A stretch of 64,000 nt of DNA, from contig JASTWF010000335.1 in the NCBI GenBank assembly GCA_030390025.1, forward strand, positions 310,001 through 374,000, given 5' to 3'. This DNA comes from Squalus acanthias. Its lineage: Eukaryota. Position numbers and translations under genes: made by a program. The notes under the pieces were generated by a model that saw nothing but the letters and a program-made list of their open reading frames with translations, was not told where the DNA came from and did no database searches. Position 1 is the stretch's first letter, and the number at the start of each line of letters is the position of its first letter. Positions 24,834 through 38,407 of this stretch are shown here, piece by piece.

Positions 24834-25506
24834 GGGCTGGATTTTCATTGACCCGTGGAGGTGGGTTTGGAGGCGTGTGGGGGGTTGAAATTGCGAAAAA
24901 TGGCGGGCGGGCACAAGTCCGCCTCCACGCAATTTTCATTAAATCGTGTCTGCTGGTCCCGACTCCGTCCCGCCTTTAAGAGGCGGGATAGGCTGTTAAG
25001 GCCCTTAGCAAGCACTAAATTGGCTCTATAATGCCATTTTGAAAGGCCTTTGTGATTTTAACCCTTGTTCTACGTGAAGCACGCCTGTTCTGAACCACGA
25101 TTGTGAAACCTGGCGGGAGCACATTCGGATAGTTGACGCTGGCTGGCTGGCTGGATGTGGGGATGCATATATGGATAGCTAGGGATATATATATGGATGG
25201 TGAGGAGACATATCTGGGAGTGGTGGTGTAAAAATATCTGGGAGCAGACTTAGGACTGCTGCTGCTCATTTTGCATCCGGGTCCTCTCACAGCAAAGGCC
25301 AGGCAGTCTCTGAAGACCTTCAATGCAGCAGCAATGATGACATCATCAGAGGCGACTTTCAGACTGAAAACACTAATTGGGTCATGGGTTCCCACATGCT
25401 GGAACTCAATTGCCCAATTAGGTGAAAATTGCATCAATCTCCCACATCCAATTGCGGTCGGGTGGATAACACGACCCCAACCCGCCCCAGTATCAAAATC
25501 CAGCCC
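24834..25506. mobile_element. MITE family A (PIF/Harbinger-like), TIR GGGCTGGATTTT, TSD TTA
   Basis: TTA-GGGCTGGATTTT...AAAATCCAGCCC-TTA. Further copies at 31930 and 41874. Confidence 0.87.
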
Positions 25507-26217
25507 TTAGAATTTACAGCACAGAAACATGATCTCATTGAATGGCGGAACAGGCTCGAGGGGCTGAATGGCCTCCTCCTGTTCCTATCTTACTCTGTTC
25601 CTTCCCTACTTCAATGACCTCCTCCACATCTCATCCGACCCTATCCGCTTCTACCTGCAATTTATCAACTGGCTTTGTGTTTCCCCTTGCTCTGTGCACA
25701 CAACCGTCAACCATCTTGTGTTTATGCTCCACACGAGCCTCCTCCCACTCTATTTACTTCGTCTCGCCCTATCAGCACATCCTTCGATTACTTTCACCCA
25801 CATGTACTGATCCAGCTTCCCCTTTAATGCATCTGTGTCCCAAAGAAGAGAGCGACTTCAATGTGAGGTGTGCTCCATCTACACCTTTAAGGTAACGTTA
25901 GAGAGAGGTGGCGTCGAAGTAAAGCATTGTGGGGCTTTCACTTGCACTCAATGTGTTCGGGTTTGGTCTCTGCAGCAGGATGCTGTCGGCTGAAAGGGGA
26001 AGATTGACCAGCTAACATACTTGGTGGGTTTCGATGACTTCCTGACCGGGACGAAAAGTAAGTCGTCATTGTCTGGCATTGACATTACTGGATCCTCTGC
26101 CACTCTGGAGTCTTTTGTTGCTCCAAGTTTGCCCCGCTTCTTGATTCGGAGGACACAACAGGCAGTGAGGTCAGCACCAGTGAGACTGATCGACCTCAAT
26201 GCTCATAGAAACATATT

Positions 26218-26966
26218 GGGCCAAAACTTCGGCACTTCCCGGGTGAGTACGCGCTGTGTACTCACCCGTAAGGCCTCCTGAAGTGCCGGTTTCCTGCATG
26301 CACTGCGCATGCGCGGGAAACCGGAACTTCCGGTCTGGTGAAGGGAGCGGTTCAGAGGTGAACCACGTGCGCGGTAGAGGCTGCGCGCACGCAGCAAACT
26401 TAGGGTTTTTTTCAGGTTTCTCCGGGAGGGCAAGTACTGAAGAAGCTGCGCTTTTAAAAAGGAGGCGCAGGACCCGTTTTCAACAAGGTAAGTGGTTAAT
26501 TAATTATAATTTAAAAAATTTTTCAACAGGTTTATCTTTTTTAGATACTTTAAAGAAAGGTAAGTTTATTTTTAGCACTGTTAAAAAGTATTTTAAGTTT
26601 TTCAAAAATTTAACTTTTTGTTTAAAGTAGTTAATTTATTCAACTTATAGTTATTTTATAAATGTGATGGTTTTTTAAAAATTTATTTGAAGTTTAGCTG
26701 TTCTTTTGGGGCCGATTTCAATTCATAGATTTGACAGGTCTTCCTGTCAAATCTATGAATGAAAGATGGTCTGCTGCCATTGGCTCTCCATGGCCCACGT
26801 GATCCCAGGGGACGCATCGCACTAACTGCACCCCTGGGCGCCGGCACTTGGAGCAGGCCCAGGAGCTGAAGTTCCCGTGGGCCCAGAGGTCAACGGCAGG
26901 CACGGTAGGTAAGTGCGCGCGCGATCCTTGCCCCCGCGGCAAGCCGGAGAGACGAATTTCAGGGCC
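26218..26966. mobile_element. MITE family B (non-autonomous DNA transposon), imperfect TIRs, ATT flanks
   Basis: ATT-GGGCCAAAACTTCG...CGAATTTCAGGGCC-ATT. Four copies in the window. Confidence 0.83.
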
Positions 26967-26969
26967 ATT

Positions 26970-27905
26970 GGAAGAGGTAAGGGAAAGGCTGCAAAGTTCA
27001 AGAGGATATCGTTGGGTGAACAGCCAAGGAAGAGCTTGAAGAGATGTGCAATCCTCATCGGGGACTCTACCACCAGGCGTACAGACAGCAGCCTGTGTAG
27101 AGGTAAGGCTCTGTCAAGAGCAGTCTGTGGTCTTCCAGGGGCCAAGGTAGCTGATCTCTGGGATCGTGTGGATGATCTGATGGAAAGTGAGTGCCAAGGT
27201 ACTGTAGTAGGTTTACCTATTGGTACCAACGAGATAATGGATAGAAATCCATTTCTTTCGCAGGATTACTGCAAAGGCCTCACTCATAGCTGACCTTCAG
27301 CAAAGGTGGGCAAGGGTAGTAGTCTCCGGGCTACTACCAGTCATGGCCAGGGGAATAGCCGAATCGTAGAATTCAACATCTGGCTTCGGGACCTTTGCAA
27401 AAAGAGGAAGCTCCACTTCACTGACAATTGGGAGGTGTTCGCTGGACAAGGTAAGTTGTTTAGGAGGGACGGCCTCCAGCTTAACTTCCTGGGAGCAGAA
27501 AGGGTGTTGAACTTGCTTTCTGAAAGCATTTAAACGAGATCAGCATGGGGATAGTGCAGATAGGTTCAAAGATAGCTTTACTGACCTTAATCATTCCACA
27601 GATTTTAAGCGTGCACTTAAACCAGGTAGGAAGCGCACAAGAATAAATAACTCTAAGAAGATAGATGAGAGACCATTCAATTGTTGTTATGTAAATGCAA
27701 GGAGTGTTAGAAACAAATAGTTGGAACTGCAGTTGGAGAAATTAGACATTGTGTATATTTCTGAGACATGGCTGGACAAAAGTGACGGGATAGAAATTCA
27801 CCTAAAGGGCTACAAGGGATTTAGAAAGGATAAAGGAGGCCGAAGAGGAGGTGGGGTGGCTATTTTTATCAGTGAGAATCTAACAGCGAGAGAAAGACTC
27901 GATTT
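26970..27905 (+). mobile_element. Old CR1 fragment: ORF1 esterase and endonuclease N-terminus
   Basis: ILIGDS, GLPGAKV, IGTNE, RDGLQLN, then YVNARS and ISETWL. Confidence 0.82.
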
Positions 27906-27906
27906 T

Positions 27907-28385
27907 ACATAAGAACATAAGAACATAAGAAATAGGAGCAGGATTAGGCCAATTGGCCCCTCGAGCCTGCTCCGCCATTCAATAAAGATCATGGCTGATC
28001 TGATCCTAACTGCCAATCTACTATCACAGAACCATCTCCTGAACCTAACAGAATTGGATGCATGAAATAGGAGCAGGATCAGGCTACACAGCCCCTGGGC
28101 CCGCTCCGCTACCCACAGGGCCATGACCGATCCGAAACTAGACTCATGTCCAAATTCCTGCCCGCTCCCCTTTACTTCTAGGAAACTGTCTATTTCTGCT
28201 TTAAATTTATGTAATGATGTAGCTTCTACAGCTTTTTGGGGCAGCATATTCCATGGACCTACCACCCTCTGAGTGAAGTAGTTCCTCCTCATCTCAGTTT
28301 TGAAAGAGCAGCCCCTTATTCTAAGACTATGCCCCCTAGTTCTAGTTTCACCCATCATCGGGAACATCCTCCCCGCATCCACCCT
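27907..28385 (-). mobile_element. CR1 3-prime end, double-tail subfamily (same as 50411-53613)
   Basis: DAGRMFPMMGETRTRGHSL and an extended 3-prime UTR matching 53370-53612. Confidence 0.9.
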
Positions 28386-29145
28386 ATGCTGAGGCTCTCT
28401 GGGAAGTGGCCCAAACTCACGGGCAGGGACTAATTATTGGTAATTGTTATAGATCCCCAGGTCAGATACCTGAACATGATAAGTTATTATGGGAACAGAT
28501 TGCAACTCTTTTGGTTAAAACTTAATTGATGGCAATTGCCATCACCAATTAGGAGGAAGCATGTGCTCCCCCCTTCTTAAAGGGACACAACCAATAAAAC
28601 TGGAACTTAAAACAAAAATTAAAGGAAACTTCACAAATCAAATTCAAATTTGGTTCCCGGGGGTGATGAAGCACTCCAGTCCCTCCGGTGCCCACCTCAA
28701 GCGTACCGGTGGACACAGCGTGCTCCATCTCCGGGGACATCCGGGCGCGAACGTAGCCGGGGAAGAGAGGCAGACAGTCAGGCCGAACGATCCCCTCGAC
28801 TGCCTGGGCCTCTTAATGGCCACCTCGGCCGGGCCCCGGAGCAGTCCTACGAGGAGGTCTTCTGACTTGCCCGCTCGCCACCCCCCAACCCCACCCCACC
28901 CCGCCCCCCAACCGGGTGACCAAAGATCAGGAGCGTGGGACTGAAGTGCAGCCAAAAATTGAGGAGCAGCCCCTTCAAATAGTGGAAGCGGGGTTGCAAT
29001 CTCTCGCGCTCTACGTACATGGAACACGGAATCCTCCAGGCCTCAGAAAATGCAGGTGGCCTGGGAGTCCGTGAACCTACTTAAAACCTTATTGCGCAGG
29101 ATTGCCCCGTGCAACACTGTCCACGCCAAATCCCCAATAGGTAAA

Positions 29146-29684
29146 GGAAACATAGAAACATAGAAGATAGGAGCAGGAGTAGGCCATTCGGCCCCTCGAG
29201 CCTGCTCCGCCATTCGATGAGATCATGGCTGATCATCCAAATTCAGTACCCTGTACCTGCCTTCTCCCCATATCCCTTGATACCTTTAGCTTTAAGAAAT
29301 ATATCTAACTCATTCTTGAATATATTTCATGAATTGGCCTCAACTACCTTCTGTGGTAGAGAATTCCACAGGTTCACCACTCTCTGGGTGAAGAAATTCT
29401 TCCTCATTTCTGTCCTAAATGGCTTACCCCTTATCCTTAGATTATGACACCTGGTTCTGGACTCTCCGACCATCGGGAACATTCTTCCTGCATCTAGTTT
29501 GTCCAGACCTGTCAGAATTTTATATGTTTCGATGAGATCCCCTCTCATTCTTCTAAACTCCAGCGAGTATAAGCCCAATCGACCCAATCTCTCCTCATAT
29601 GTCATTCCTGCCATCCCAGGTATCAGCCTTGTGAATCTTCGCTGAACTCCTTCCATGGCAAGAACATCCTTCCTCAGATAAGGA
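29146..29684 (-). mobile_element. CR1 3-prime fragment (young subfamily)
   Basis: ORF 29327-29656 is nearly identical to the 18.6-19.1 kb copy. Confidence 0.92.
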
Positions 29685-29783
29685 GGGACTCCCGCGTAGA
29701 GAGCCCTCCATTAGGGACCCGGATCCGCCTCCTCCGGACGCAAGTTGGGGAAACACTTTTAATATAAAATGCCACCTTTGTTT

Positions 29784-30155
29784 GATAGAATCATAGAATG
29801 GCTACAGCACAGAAGGAGGCCATTCAGCCCGTCGAGCCCGTGCTGGCTCTCTGCAAGAGCACTTCAGCTAGTCCCACTCCCCCGCCCTTTCCCCGTAGCC
29901 CTGCAAATTATTTTCCTTCAGGTACTTATCCAATTCCCTTTTGAAAGCCACGATTGAGTCTGCCTCCACCACCCTCGCAGGCAGAGCATTCCAGATCCTA
30001 ACCACTCGCTGCGTAAAAAAGTTTTTCCTCATGTCGCCTTTGGTTCTTTTGCCAATCACCTGTCCTCTGGTTCTCGACCCTTCCGCCAATGGGAACAGTT
30101 TCTCTCGATCTACTGTGTCCAGACCCCTCAGGATTTTGAACACCTCGATCAAATT
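29784..30155 (-). mobile_element. CR1 3-prime fragment
   Basis: ORF 29868-30152 RKNFFTQRVVRIWNALP. Confidence 0.9.
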
Positions 30156-30431
30156 CTCCTCTCACCCTTCTCTTTTTTTTTATATTCGTTCACGGGATGT
30201 GGGCATCGCTGGCAAGGCCAGCATTTATTGCCCATCCCTTATTGCCCCTGAGGAGCCGCCTTCTTGAACCGCTGCAGTCCATGCTTCTTTGTAGCAGTTT
30301 GGTACAACTGAGTGACTCGCTAGGCCATTTCAGAGGGCGTCCGTACAATGTTGTGGTCATTGTCGGCCAGATGTTCCCCCACATGGAGGCCTGCTACGAG
30401 GTCAGGCTCACTACTAAACGCTAGATCTAAT

Positions 30432-31184
30432 GGGCCAAAAATTTGGTCCTTGCCGGGTGAGTACGCGCTGTGTACTCACCCGTAAGGCCACCTGAAGTGC
30501 CGGTTTCCTGCATGCACTGCGCATGCGCGGGAAACCGGAACTTCCGGTCTGGTGAAGGGAGGGGTTCAGAGGTCGAACGCGTGCGCGGTAGAGGCTGCGC
30601 GCACGCAGCGAACTTAGTTTTTTTTTCAGGTTTCTCCGGGAGGGTAAGTATTGAAGAGGCTGCGCTTTTAAAAAGGAGGCGCAGGACCCGTTTATAACAA
30701 GGTAAGTGGTTAATTAATTACAATTAAAAAAAAATTTTCAACAGTTTTATCTTTTTTAGATACTTTAAAGAAAGGTAAGTTTATTTTTAGCACTGTTAAA
30801 AAGTATTTTAATTTTTTTTTTAATTTAAATTTTTGCTTAAAGTAGTTAATTTATTTAACTGATAGTTATATTAAAAATGTGATGTTTTTTTTTTAATTAT
30901 TTGAAATATAGGTGTTGTTTTGGGGCTGATTTCAATTCATAGATTTGACAGGTCTATGAATGAAAGATGGTCTGCTGCCATTGGCTCTCCATGGCCCACG
31001 TGATCCCAGGGGACGCATCGCACTAACTACGCCCCTGGGATACGCAAGCACTGCGCGCCGGCAGCTGCAGGAGGCCCAGGAGCTGAAGTCCCCGTGGGCC
31101 CAGAGGTCAACGGCAGGCGCGGTAGGTAGGTGTGCGCGCGATCCTTGCACCCGCGGGAAGCCAGGGAGCCTAATTTCTGGGCCA
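30432..31184. mobile_element. MITE family B copy
   Basis: Collinear with 26218-26966. Confidence 0.85.
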
Positions 31185-31319
31185 TTATATGATCCCGAAT
31201 TACTTCATTAACATGTTGGGTCAGCAAACAGTCTTGTATATTTTCGACAAATTTTCCAGCTGCACTTCCCACCACGACAGAGGGTTAAACCATCGTGCCA
31301 CTGAACTCCAGGAAAATTA

Positions 31320-33102
31320 AATCACCCACTTGATCAAGTGTGGATTAATTAAGGAACGCCAGCACGGATTTGTTATAGGCGTTCGACAAAGTGCCACATA
31401 ATAGGCTTGCCAGCGAAGTTGAAGCCCACGGAATAAAAGGGACAGTGGCAGCATGGATACGGAATTGGCTAAGTGACAGGAAAACAGAGAGTAGTGGTGA
31501 ACGGTTGTTTATCGGACTGGAGGAAGGTATACAGTGGTGTTCCCCAGGGGTCGGTACTAGGGCCACTGATTTTCTTGATAAATATTAATGGGTGTACAGG
31601 GTGCAATTTCAAAATTTGCAGATGACGCAAAACTTGGAAGTATAGTGAACAGTGAGGATGATAGTGATAGACATCAGGAAGACTTAGACAGACTGGTGAA
31701 ATGGGCGGACACGTGGCAGATGAAATTTAACGCAGAAAAGTGCGAAGTGATACATTTTTGTAGGAAGAACGAGGAGAGGCGATCTAAACTAAAGGGTATA
31801 ATTCTAAAGGGGGTGCAGGAACAGAGAGACCTGGGGGTATGTGTGCACAAATCGCTGAAGGTGGCAGGGCAGGTTGAGAAAGCGGTTAAAAAAGCTTACG
31901 GGATCCTGGGCTTCATAAATAGAGGCATCGGGCTGGATTTTGATACTGGGGTGGGTTGGGGTCGTGTTATCCACCCGACTGCAATTGGATGTGGGAGATT
32001 GATGCAATTTTCACCTAATTGGGCAATAGAGAGAGAGAGAGAGAGTCCTCTCACAGCAAAGGCCAGGCAGTCTCTGAAGACCTTCAATGCAGCAGCATCA
32101 GAGGCGACTTTCAGACCTAATACTACTACTACCTTCATCACATCTCCGTTGTAATAGTGGACCTGCAGCTGAGAGTCAGCTATCCAAATGTGCTCCTGCC
32201 AGGTTTCACAATCGTGGTTCAGAACAGGCGTGCTTCACGTAGATCAAGGGTTAAAATCACAAAGGTCTTTCAAAATGGCATTATGGAGCCAATTTAGTGC
32301 TTGTTAAGGGCCTTAACAGCCTATCCCGCCTCTTAAAGGCGGGACGCAGTCGGGACCAGCAGACACAATTTCATGAAAATTGCATGGAGGCGGGATGGAG
32401 GCGGACTTGTGCCCGCCCGCCAGTTTTCGCAATTTTAACCCCCCACACGCCTCCAAACCCGCCTCCACGGGTCAATGAAAATTCAGCACATAGAGTACAA
32501 ATGCAAGGAAGTTATGATGATTCTTTATAAAACATTGGTCCGGCCTCAATTGGAGATTTGTGTCCAATTCTGGGCACTGCACTTTCGGAAGGATGTGAAG
32601 GCCTTAGAGAGGGTGCAGAAAAAATTTACGAGAATGGTTTCAGGGATGAGGGACTTCAGTTACGTGGATAGACTGGAGAAGCTGGGGTTGTTCTCCTTAG
32701 AGCAGAGAAGGTTGAGAGGAGATTTGATCGAGGTGTTCAAAATCATGAGGGGTCTGGACAGAGTAGATAGAGAGAAACTGTTCCCATTGGCGGAAGTGTC
32801 GAGGATCAGAGGACACAGATTTAAGGTGATTGGCAAAAGAGCCAAAGGCGACATGAGGAAAAACTCTTTTACGCAGTGAGTGGTTAGGATCTGGAATGCA
32901 CTGCCTGAGAGGGTGGTGGAGGCAGATTCAATTGTGGTTTTCAAAACGGAATTGGATAAGTACCTGAAGGAAAAAAATTTGCAGGGCTACGGGGAAAGGG
33001 CGGTGGAAGGGGACTAGCTGAAGTGCTCCTGCAGAGAGCCGGCACGGGCTCGACGGGCTGAATGGCCGCCTTCTGTGCTGTAACCAATGATTCAATGATT
33101 CT
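31320..33102 (+). mobile_element. CR1 RT fragment interrupted by MITE A
   Basis: FDKVPH, FADD and GFINRGI / EYKCKEVMM are split by the insertion at 31930-32489. Confidence 0.9.
31930..32489. mobile_element. MITE family A copy (reverse orientation) nested in CR1
   Basis: GGGCTGGATTTTGATAC...AAAATTCAGCAC with flanks ATC/ATA. Confidence 0.85.
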
Positions 33103-33257
33103 AGAGAAAAGGGTCCCCAGCCCAGTCGCAGCTCAGCAGGAGAGTCCATCCGAGAATCGACACGACAGATATTTATTGACGTGCGTCGATGGCAAATGAG
33201 GAACGACTTGAGGAAACTACCCTTGAACTGTCACTGACTATAAAACTATCAACAAAC

Positions 33258-33371
33258 CCATAATCCAGTCCACCAGGGGGTCGCAAGATCTGATCCAAAT
33301 GTATTCCTTGCGGCGAAGTACAGGGGAATGCCAAACGTCACCTGGATTACTCCCAGCATTATCTGTGTGAC
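33258..33371 (-). CDS. MS4A: MS4A/CD20-family gene, coding exon 2 (TM1)
   Basis: Acceptor aacttgcag, 114 nt, VTQIMLGVIQVTFGIPLYFAARNTFGSDLATPWWTGLW, donor GTTTGT. Contains the QIM.G and PW..G MS4A motifs. Confidence 0.92.
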
Positions 33372-33559
33372 CTGCAAGTTTATACAGGCGCCATTAGACG
33401 AGAACTAGCCACAATGGAAAAAAACATCGGCTTTACTTGTACGCTATAATATGAACTTTTTATGAATGAGTTGATTGGCATAAACGTGTAAACAAGAGTA
33501 TTACAATAAAATAAGCGCCTTACGATCTTGAAATTTTTTTGACTGTGCAAACAATGCGT

Positions 33560-35641
33560 GGTATTTCGCTAGACAAGGGTATATTTTGCTAGACAAGGGT
33601 ATTATTTTGCTAGACAAAGGTATATTTAGCTAAACAAGGGTATATTTTGCTAGACAAAGGTATATTTAGCTAAACAAGGGTATATTTTGCTAGACAAAGG
33701 TATATTTAGCTAAACAAGGGTATATTTTGCTAGACAAAGGTATATTTAGCTAAACAAGGGTATATTTTGCTAGACAAAGGTATATTTAGCTAAACAAGGG
33801 TATATTTTGCTAGACAAAGGTATATTTTGCTAAACAAGGGTATATTTTGCTAGACAAGGGTATATTTAGCTAAACAAGGGTATATTTAGCTAAACAAGTG
33901 TATATTTTGCTAGACAAGGGTATATTTAGCTAAACAAGGGTATATTTTGCTAGACAAGGGTATTATTTAGCTAAACAAGTGTATATTTTGCTAGACAAGG
34001 GTATATTTTGCTAGACAAGGGTATATTTTGCTAGACAAGGGTATATTTAGCTAGACAAGGGTATATTTAGCTAAACAAGGGTATATTTTGCTAGACAAGG
34101 GTATTATTTTGCTAGACAAGGGTATATTTAGCTAAACAAGGGTATATTTTGCTAGACAAGGGTATATTTAGCTAAACAAGTGTATATTTTGCTAGACAAA
34201 TGTATATTTTGCTAGACAAGGGTATATTTTGCTAGACAAGGGTATATTTAGCTAAACAAGTGTATATTTTGCTAGACAAGGGTATATTTAGCTAAACAAG
34301 TGTATATTTTGCTAAACAAGGGTATATTTTGCTAGACAAGGGTATATTTTGCTAGACAAGGGTATATTTTGCTAGACAAGGGTATTATTTAGCTAAACAA
34401 GTGTATATTTTGCTAGACAAGGGTATATTTTGCTAGACAAGGGTATATTTTGCTAGACAAGGGTATATTTTGCTAAACAAGGGTATATTTTGCTAGACAA
34501 GGGTATTATTTTGCTAGACAAGGTTATATTTTGCTAGACAAGGGTATATTTTGCTAGACAAGGGTATATTTTGCTAGACAAGGGTATATTTTGCTAGACA
34601 AGGGTATATTTTGCTAAACAAGGGTATATTTTGCTAGACAAGGGTATTATTTTGCTAGACAAGGTTATATTTTGCTAGACAAGGGTATATTTTGCTAGAC
34701 AAGGGTATTATTTTGCTAGACAAAGGTATATTTTGCTAGACAAGTGTATATTTAGCTAAACAAGGGTATATTTTGCTAGACAAGGGTATTATTTTGCTAG
34801 ACAAGGGTATATTTTGCTAGACAAGGGTATTATTTTGCTAGACAAGGGTATTATTTTGCTAGACAAGGGTATATTTTGCTAAACAAGGGTATATTTTGCT
34901 AGACAAGGGTATATTTTGCTAGACAAGTGTATATTTTGCTAGACAAGGGTATATTTTGCTAGACAAGGGTATATTTAGCTAAACAAGGGTATATTTTGCT
35001 AGACAAGGGTATATTTTGCTAGACAAGGGTATTATTTTGCTAGACAAGGGTATTATTTAGCTAAACAACTGTATATTTTGCTAGACAAGGGTATATTTAG
35101 CTAAACAAGGGTATATTTTGCTAGACAAGGGTATTATTTAGCTAAACAAGGGTATATTTTGCTAGACAAGGGTATTATTTAGCTAAACAAGTGTATATTT
35201 TGCTAAACAAGTGTATATTTTGCTAGACAAGGGTATATTTTGCTAGACAAGGGTATATTTTGCTAAACAAGGGTATATTTTGCTAGACAAGGGTATTATT
35301 TAGCTAAACAAGTGTATATTTTGCTAGACAAGGGTATATTTTGCTAGACAAGGGTATATTTTGCTAGACAAGGGTATATTTTGCTAGACAAGGGTATATT
35401 TTGCTAGACAAGGGTATATTTAGTTAGACAAGGGTATATTTTGCTAGACAAGGGTATATTTTGCTAGACAAGGGTATATTTTGCTAGACAAGGGTATATT
35501 TTGCTAGACAAGGGTATATTTTGCTAGACAAGGGTATATTTTGCTAGACAAGGGTATATTTTGCTAGACAAGGGTATTATTTTGCTAGACAAGGGTATAT
35601 TTTGCTAGACAAGGGTATATTTTGCTAGACAAGGGTATTAT
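33560..35641. repeat. 20-bp AT-rich minisatellite (about 100 units)
   Basis: Unit TATATTTTGCTAGACAAGGG with variants TATATTTAGCTAAACAAG and a 21-bp TATTATTTT form. Confidence 0.97.
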
Positions 35642-36840
35642 CTTGGAAATACTCAGAATGGTCAGGCAGCATCTGTGGAGAGAGAAACAGAGTTAACGTT
35701 TCAGGTCGATGACCCTTCGTCAGTACTGGAAAAAGCTGGAGATGGAACAGGTTTTTAAGCAAGTGCAGGGGCAGGGAAAGGGGGGAGGGGAGGAAAGAGC
35801 AAAAGGGAAGGTCTGTGATAGGATGGAAGGCAGGAGAGATTAAGAGACAAAAGGGATGATGGTGCAAGGCAAAAAGAGATGGTAATGGGACAAGTTAAGA
35901 AACAAAAGATGGCTCCAGATGAAGTATAAATGGCGATGGCAGAATGAGCGACAGCTGCCATGTGAGAGAGAGAGAAAAAAAATCAAAAATGGAAAAATGA
36001 TAGGGGCAGAGGTTATGGTCTGAAATTGTTGAACTCGATGTTGAGTCCAGAAGGCTGTAAAGTGCCTAATGGAAAGATGAGGTGCTGTTACTCGAGCTTA
36101 CGTTGAGCTTCATTGGAGCAGTGTAAGAGGCCGAGGACGGTGAGGTCAGAGTGGGAGTGGAGCGGAGAATTAAAGTGACAGGCCACCGGAAGCTCGGGGT
36201 CACGCTATCGGACTGAACGGAGGTGTTCCGCAAACCGGTCGCCCAATCTACGTTTGGTCTCCCCAATGTAGAGGAGACCGCATCGTGAGCAGCGAATACA
36301 GTATACTGTACTAAATTGCATGAAGTACAAGTAAATCGCTGTTTCACCTGGAAGGAGTGTTTGGGGCCCTGGACAGTGGGAAGGGAGGAGGTAAAAGGGC
36401 ATGTGTTGCATCTCCTGCGCTTGCACGGGAAGGTGTCGGGCGAAGGGAAAGGTGTGTTGGGGGTGTGGACCAGGGTGTCGTGGAGGGAGCGGTCCCTGCG
36501 GAATGCTGAAAGGGGAGGTGAGGGGAAGATGCGTTTGGTGGTGGGATCACGCTGGAGGTGGCGGAAATGGCGGTGGATGATCCGTTGAATGTGGAGGCTG
36601 GTGGGGTGAAAGGTGAGGACAAGGGGAACCCTATCGTCGTTCCGGGAGGGAGTGGAAGGGGTGAGAGCAGAAGTGCGGGAAATAGAACGGATACAGTCAA
36701 GGGCCGTCTCAACCACAGTAGCGGGGAATCCTCGGTTGAGGAAAAAGGAAAACATGTCGGAAGCACTGGTATGGAAGGTGGCATCGTCAGAGCAGATGCG
36801 GCGGAGACGGAGAAACTGGGCGAATGGAATGGAGTCCTTC
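35642..36840 (-). mobile_element. Penelope-like element 3-prime part (RT thumb, GIY-YIG endonuclease, 3-prime region with hammerhead)
   Basis: KDSIPFAQFLRLRRICSD, PCKRRRCNTC, VYCIRCSRCGLLYIGETKRRLGDRFAEHLRS. Confidence 0.92.
35691..35726 (-). ncRNA. Minimal hammerhead motif (Penelope 3-prime type)
   Basis: Minus strand AGTA-CTGACGA-AG-GGTC-ATC-GACC-T-GAAACGTT-AACT, with one mismatch in stem I. Confidence 0.65.
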
Positions 36841-38407
36841 GAGCTCGGCACGATGCTGAGCTCTTTTTCCGCCGCCTTCGTCTCCGTGCCCACTTCTTTG
36901 GCCAGGAGTCTTCCCCCCGCACGGCTGACCCTTTCTCCCGTTTTCAGAATTCTCGTTCTACCTGGACCCCTCCCTCTGGCCTCTTACCCTCTCTAGATCT
37001 TTTCATTGCAAACTGCCGGCGTGACATTGGCCGTCTCAATTTCTCTGCTCCCCTCACTCACTCCAACCTACCTCCCTCTGAACTTGCAGCACTCCATTCT
37101 CTCAGATCCAACCCCGACATTGTCATTAAACCTGCTGACAAAGGCGGTGCTGTTGTTGTTTGGCGAACCGACCTCTACCTAGCGGACGCTGAACGCCAAC
37201 TCTCTGACACCTCCTCCTACCTCCGCCTGGACCATGACCCCACTACCGAACATCAAGCCACCGTTTCCAAGACTGTCACTGACCTCATCTCCTCTGGAGA
37301 TCTTCCCTCCACGGCCGCCAACCTCATAGTTCCCCAACCCCACACAGCCTACTTCTACCTCCTTCCAAGATCCACAAACAGGACTGCCCTGGTAGACCCA
37401 TCGTTTCAGCCTGTTCTTGCCCCACTGAGCTTATCTCTTCCTATCTCGACTCTATTTTTTCTCCCCTTGTCCAGTCTCTTCCCACCTACATCCGCGACTC
37501 TTCCGACGCCCTCCGCCACTTTAACAGTTTCGAGTTTCCTGGCCCCAACCGTCTCCTTTTCACTATGGACATCCAATCCCTCTACACCTCCATCCCCCCA
37601 CCAGGATGGCCTGAGGGCGCTCCGCTTCTTCTTTGAACAGAGGCCAAACCAGTCCCCATCCACCACCACCCTCCTCCGCCTGGCTGAACTTGTTCTCACA
37701 TTGAACAACTTCTCCTTTGACTCCACTCACTTCCTCCAAATTAAAGGTTTTGCTATGGGAACCCGCATGGGTCCTAGCTATGCCTGCCTTTTTGTGGGAT
37801 ATGTGGAACATTCTTTGTTCCAGTCCTACTCAGGTCCCCTCCTTCACCTCTTTTTCCGGTACACTGATGACTGTATTGGTGCTGTTTCCTGCTCTCGCCC
37901 TGAACTAGAAAATTTCATACACTTTGCTTCCAATTTCCACCCTGGATCCCTCACCTTCACATGGTCCATCTCCGACTCTTCCCTTCCCTTCCTCGACTTC
38001 TCTGTCTCCATCTCTGGGGATAGGCTATTGACAAACATTCACTACAAGCCCACTGACTCCAACAGCTACTTGGACTACACTTCCTCCCACTCCACTTCCC
38101 GAAAGGACTCTATTCCATTCTCCAAGTTTCTCCGTCTCCGCCGCATCTGCTTGACGATGCCACCTTCCATACTAGTGCTTCTGACATGTCTTGCTTTTTC
38201 CTCAACCGAGGATTCCCCTCTACTGTGGTTGAGACGGCCCTTGACCGTGTCCGTTCTATTTCCCGCACTTCTGCTCTCACCCCTTCCCCTCCCTCCCGGA
38301 ACAACGATAGAGTTCCCCTTGTCCTCACCTTTCACCCCACCAGCCTCCACATTCAACGGATCATCCACCGCCATCTCCAGTGTGATCCCACCACCAAACA
38401 CATCTTT
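36841..38407 (+). mobile_element. Penelope-like element RT region, frameshifted
   Basis: ELFFRRLRL, IKPADKGGAVVVW, GFAMGTRMGPSYACLF, FRYTDD, LPFLD, YKPTD. Confidence 0.93.

Noticed and set aside
25976..26057. Plus-strand exon-like segment (ctctgcag..AAAA|GTAAGT)
   Set aside because: Stops in all three frames and no partner exons found.
28390..29140. GC-rich segment, possibly a DNA transposon remnant or regulatory element
   Set aside because: No TIR pair, TSD or second copy could be identified by eye.
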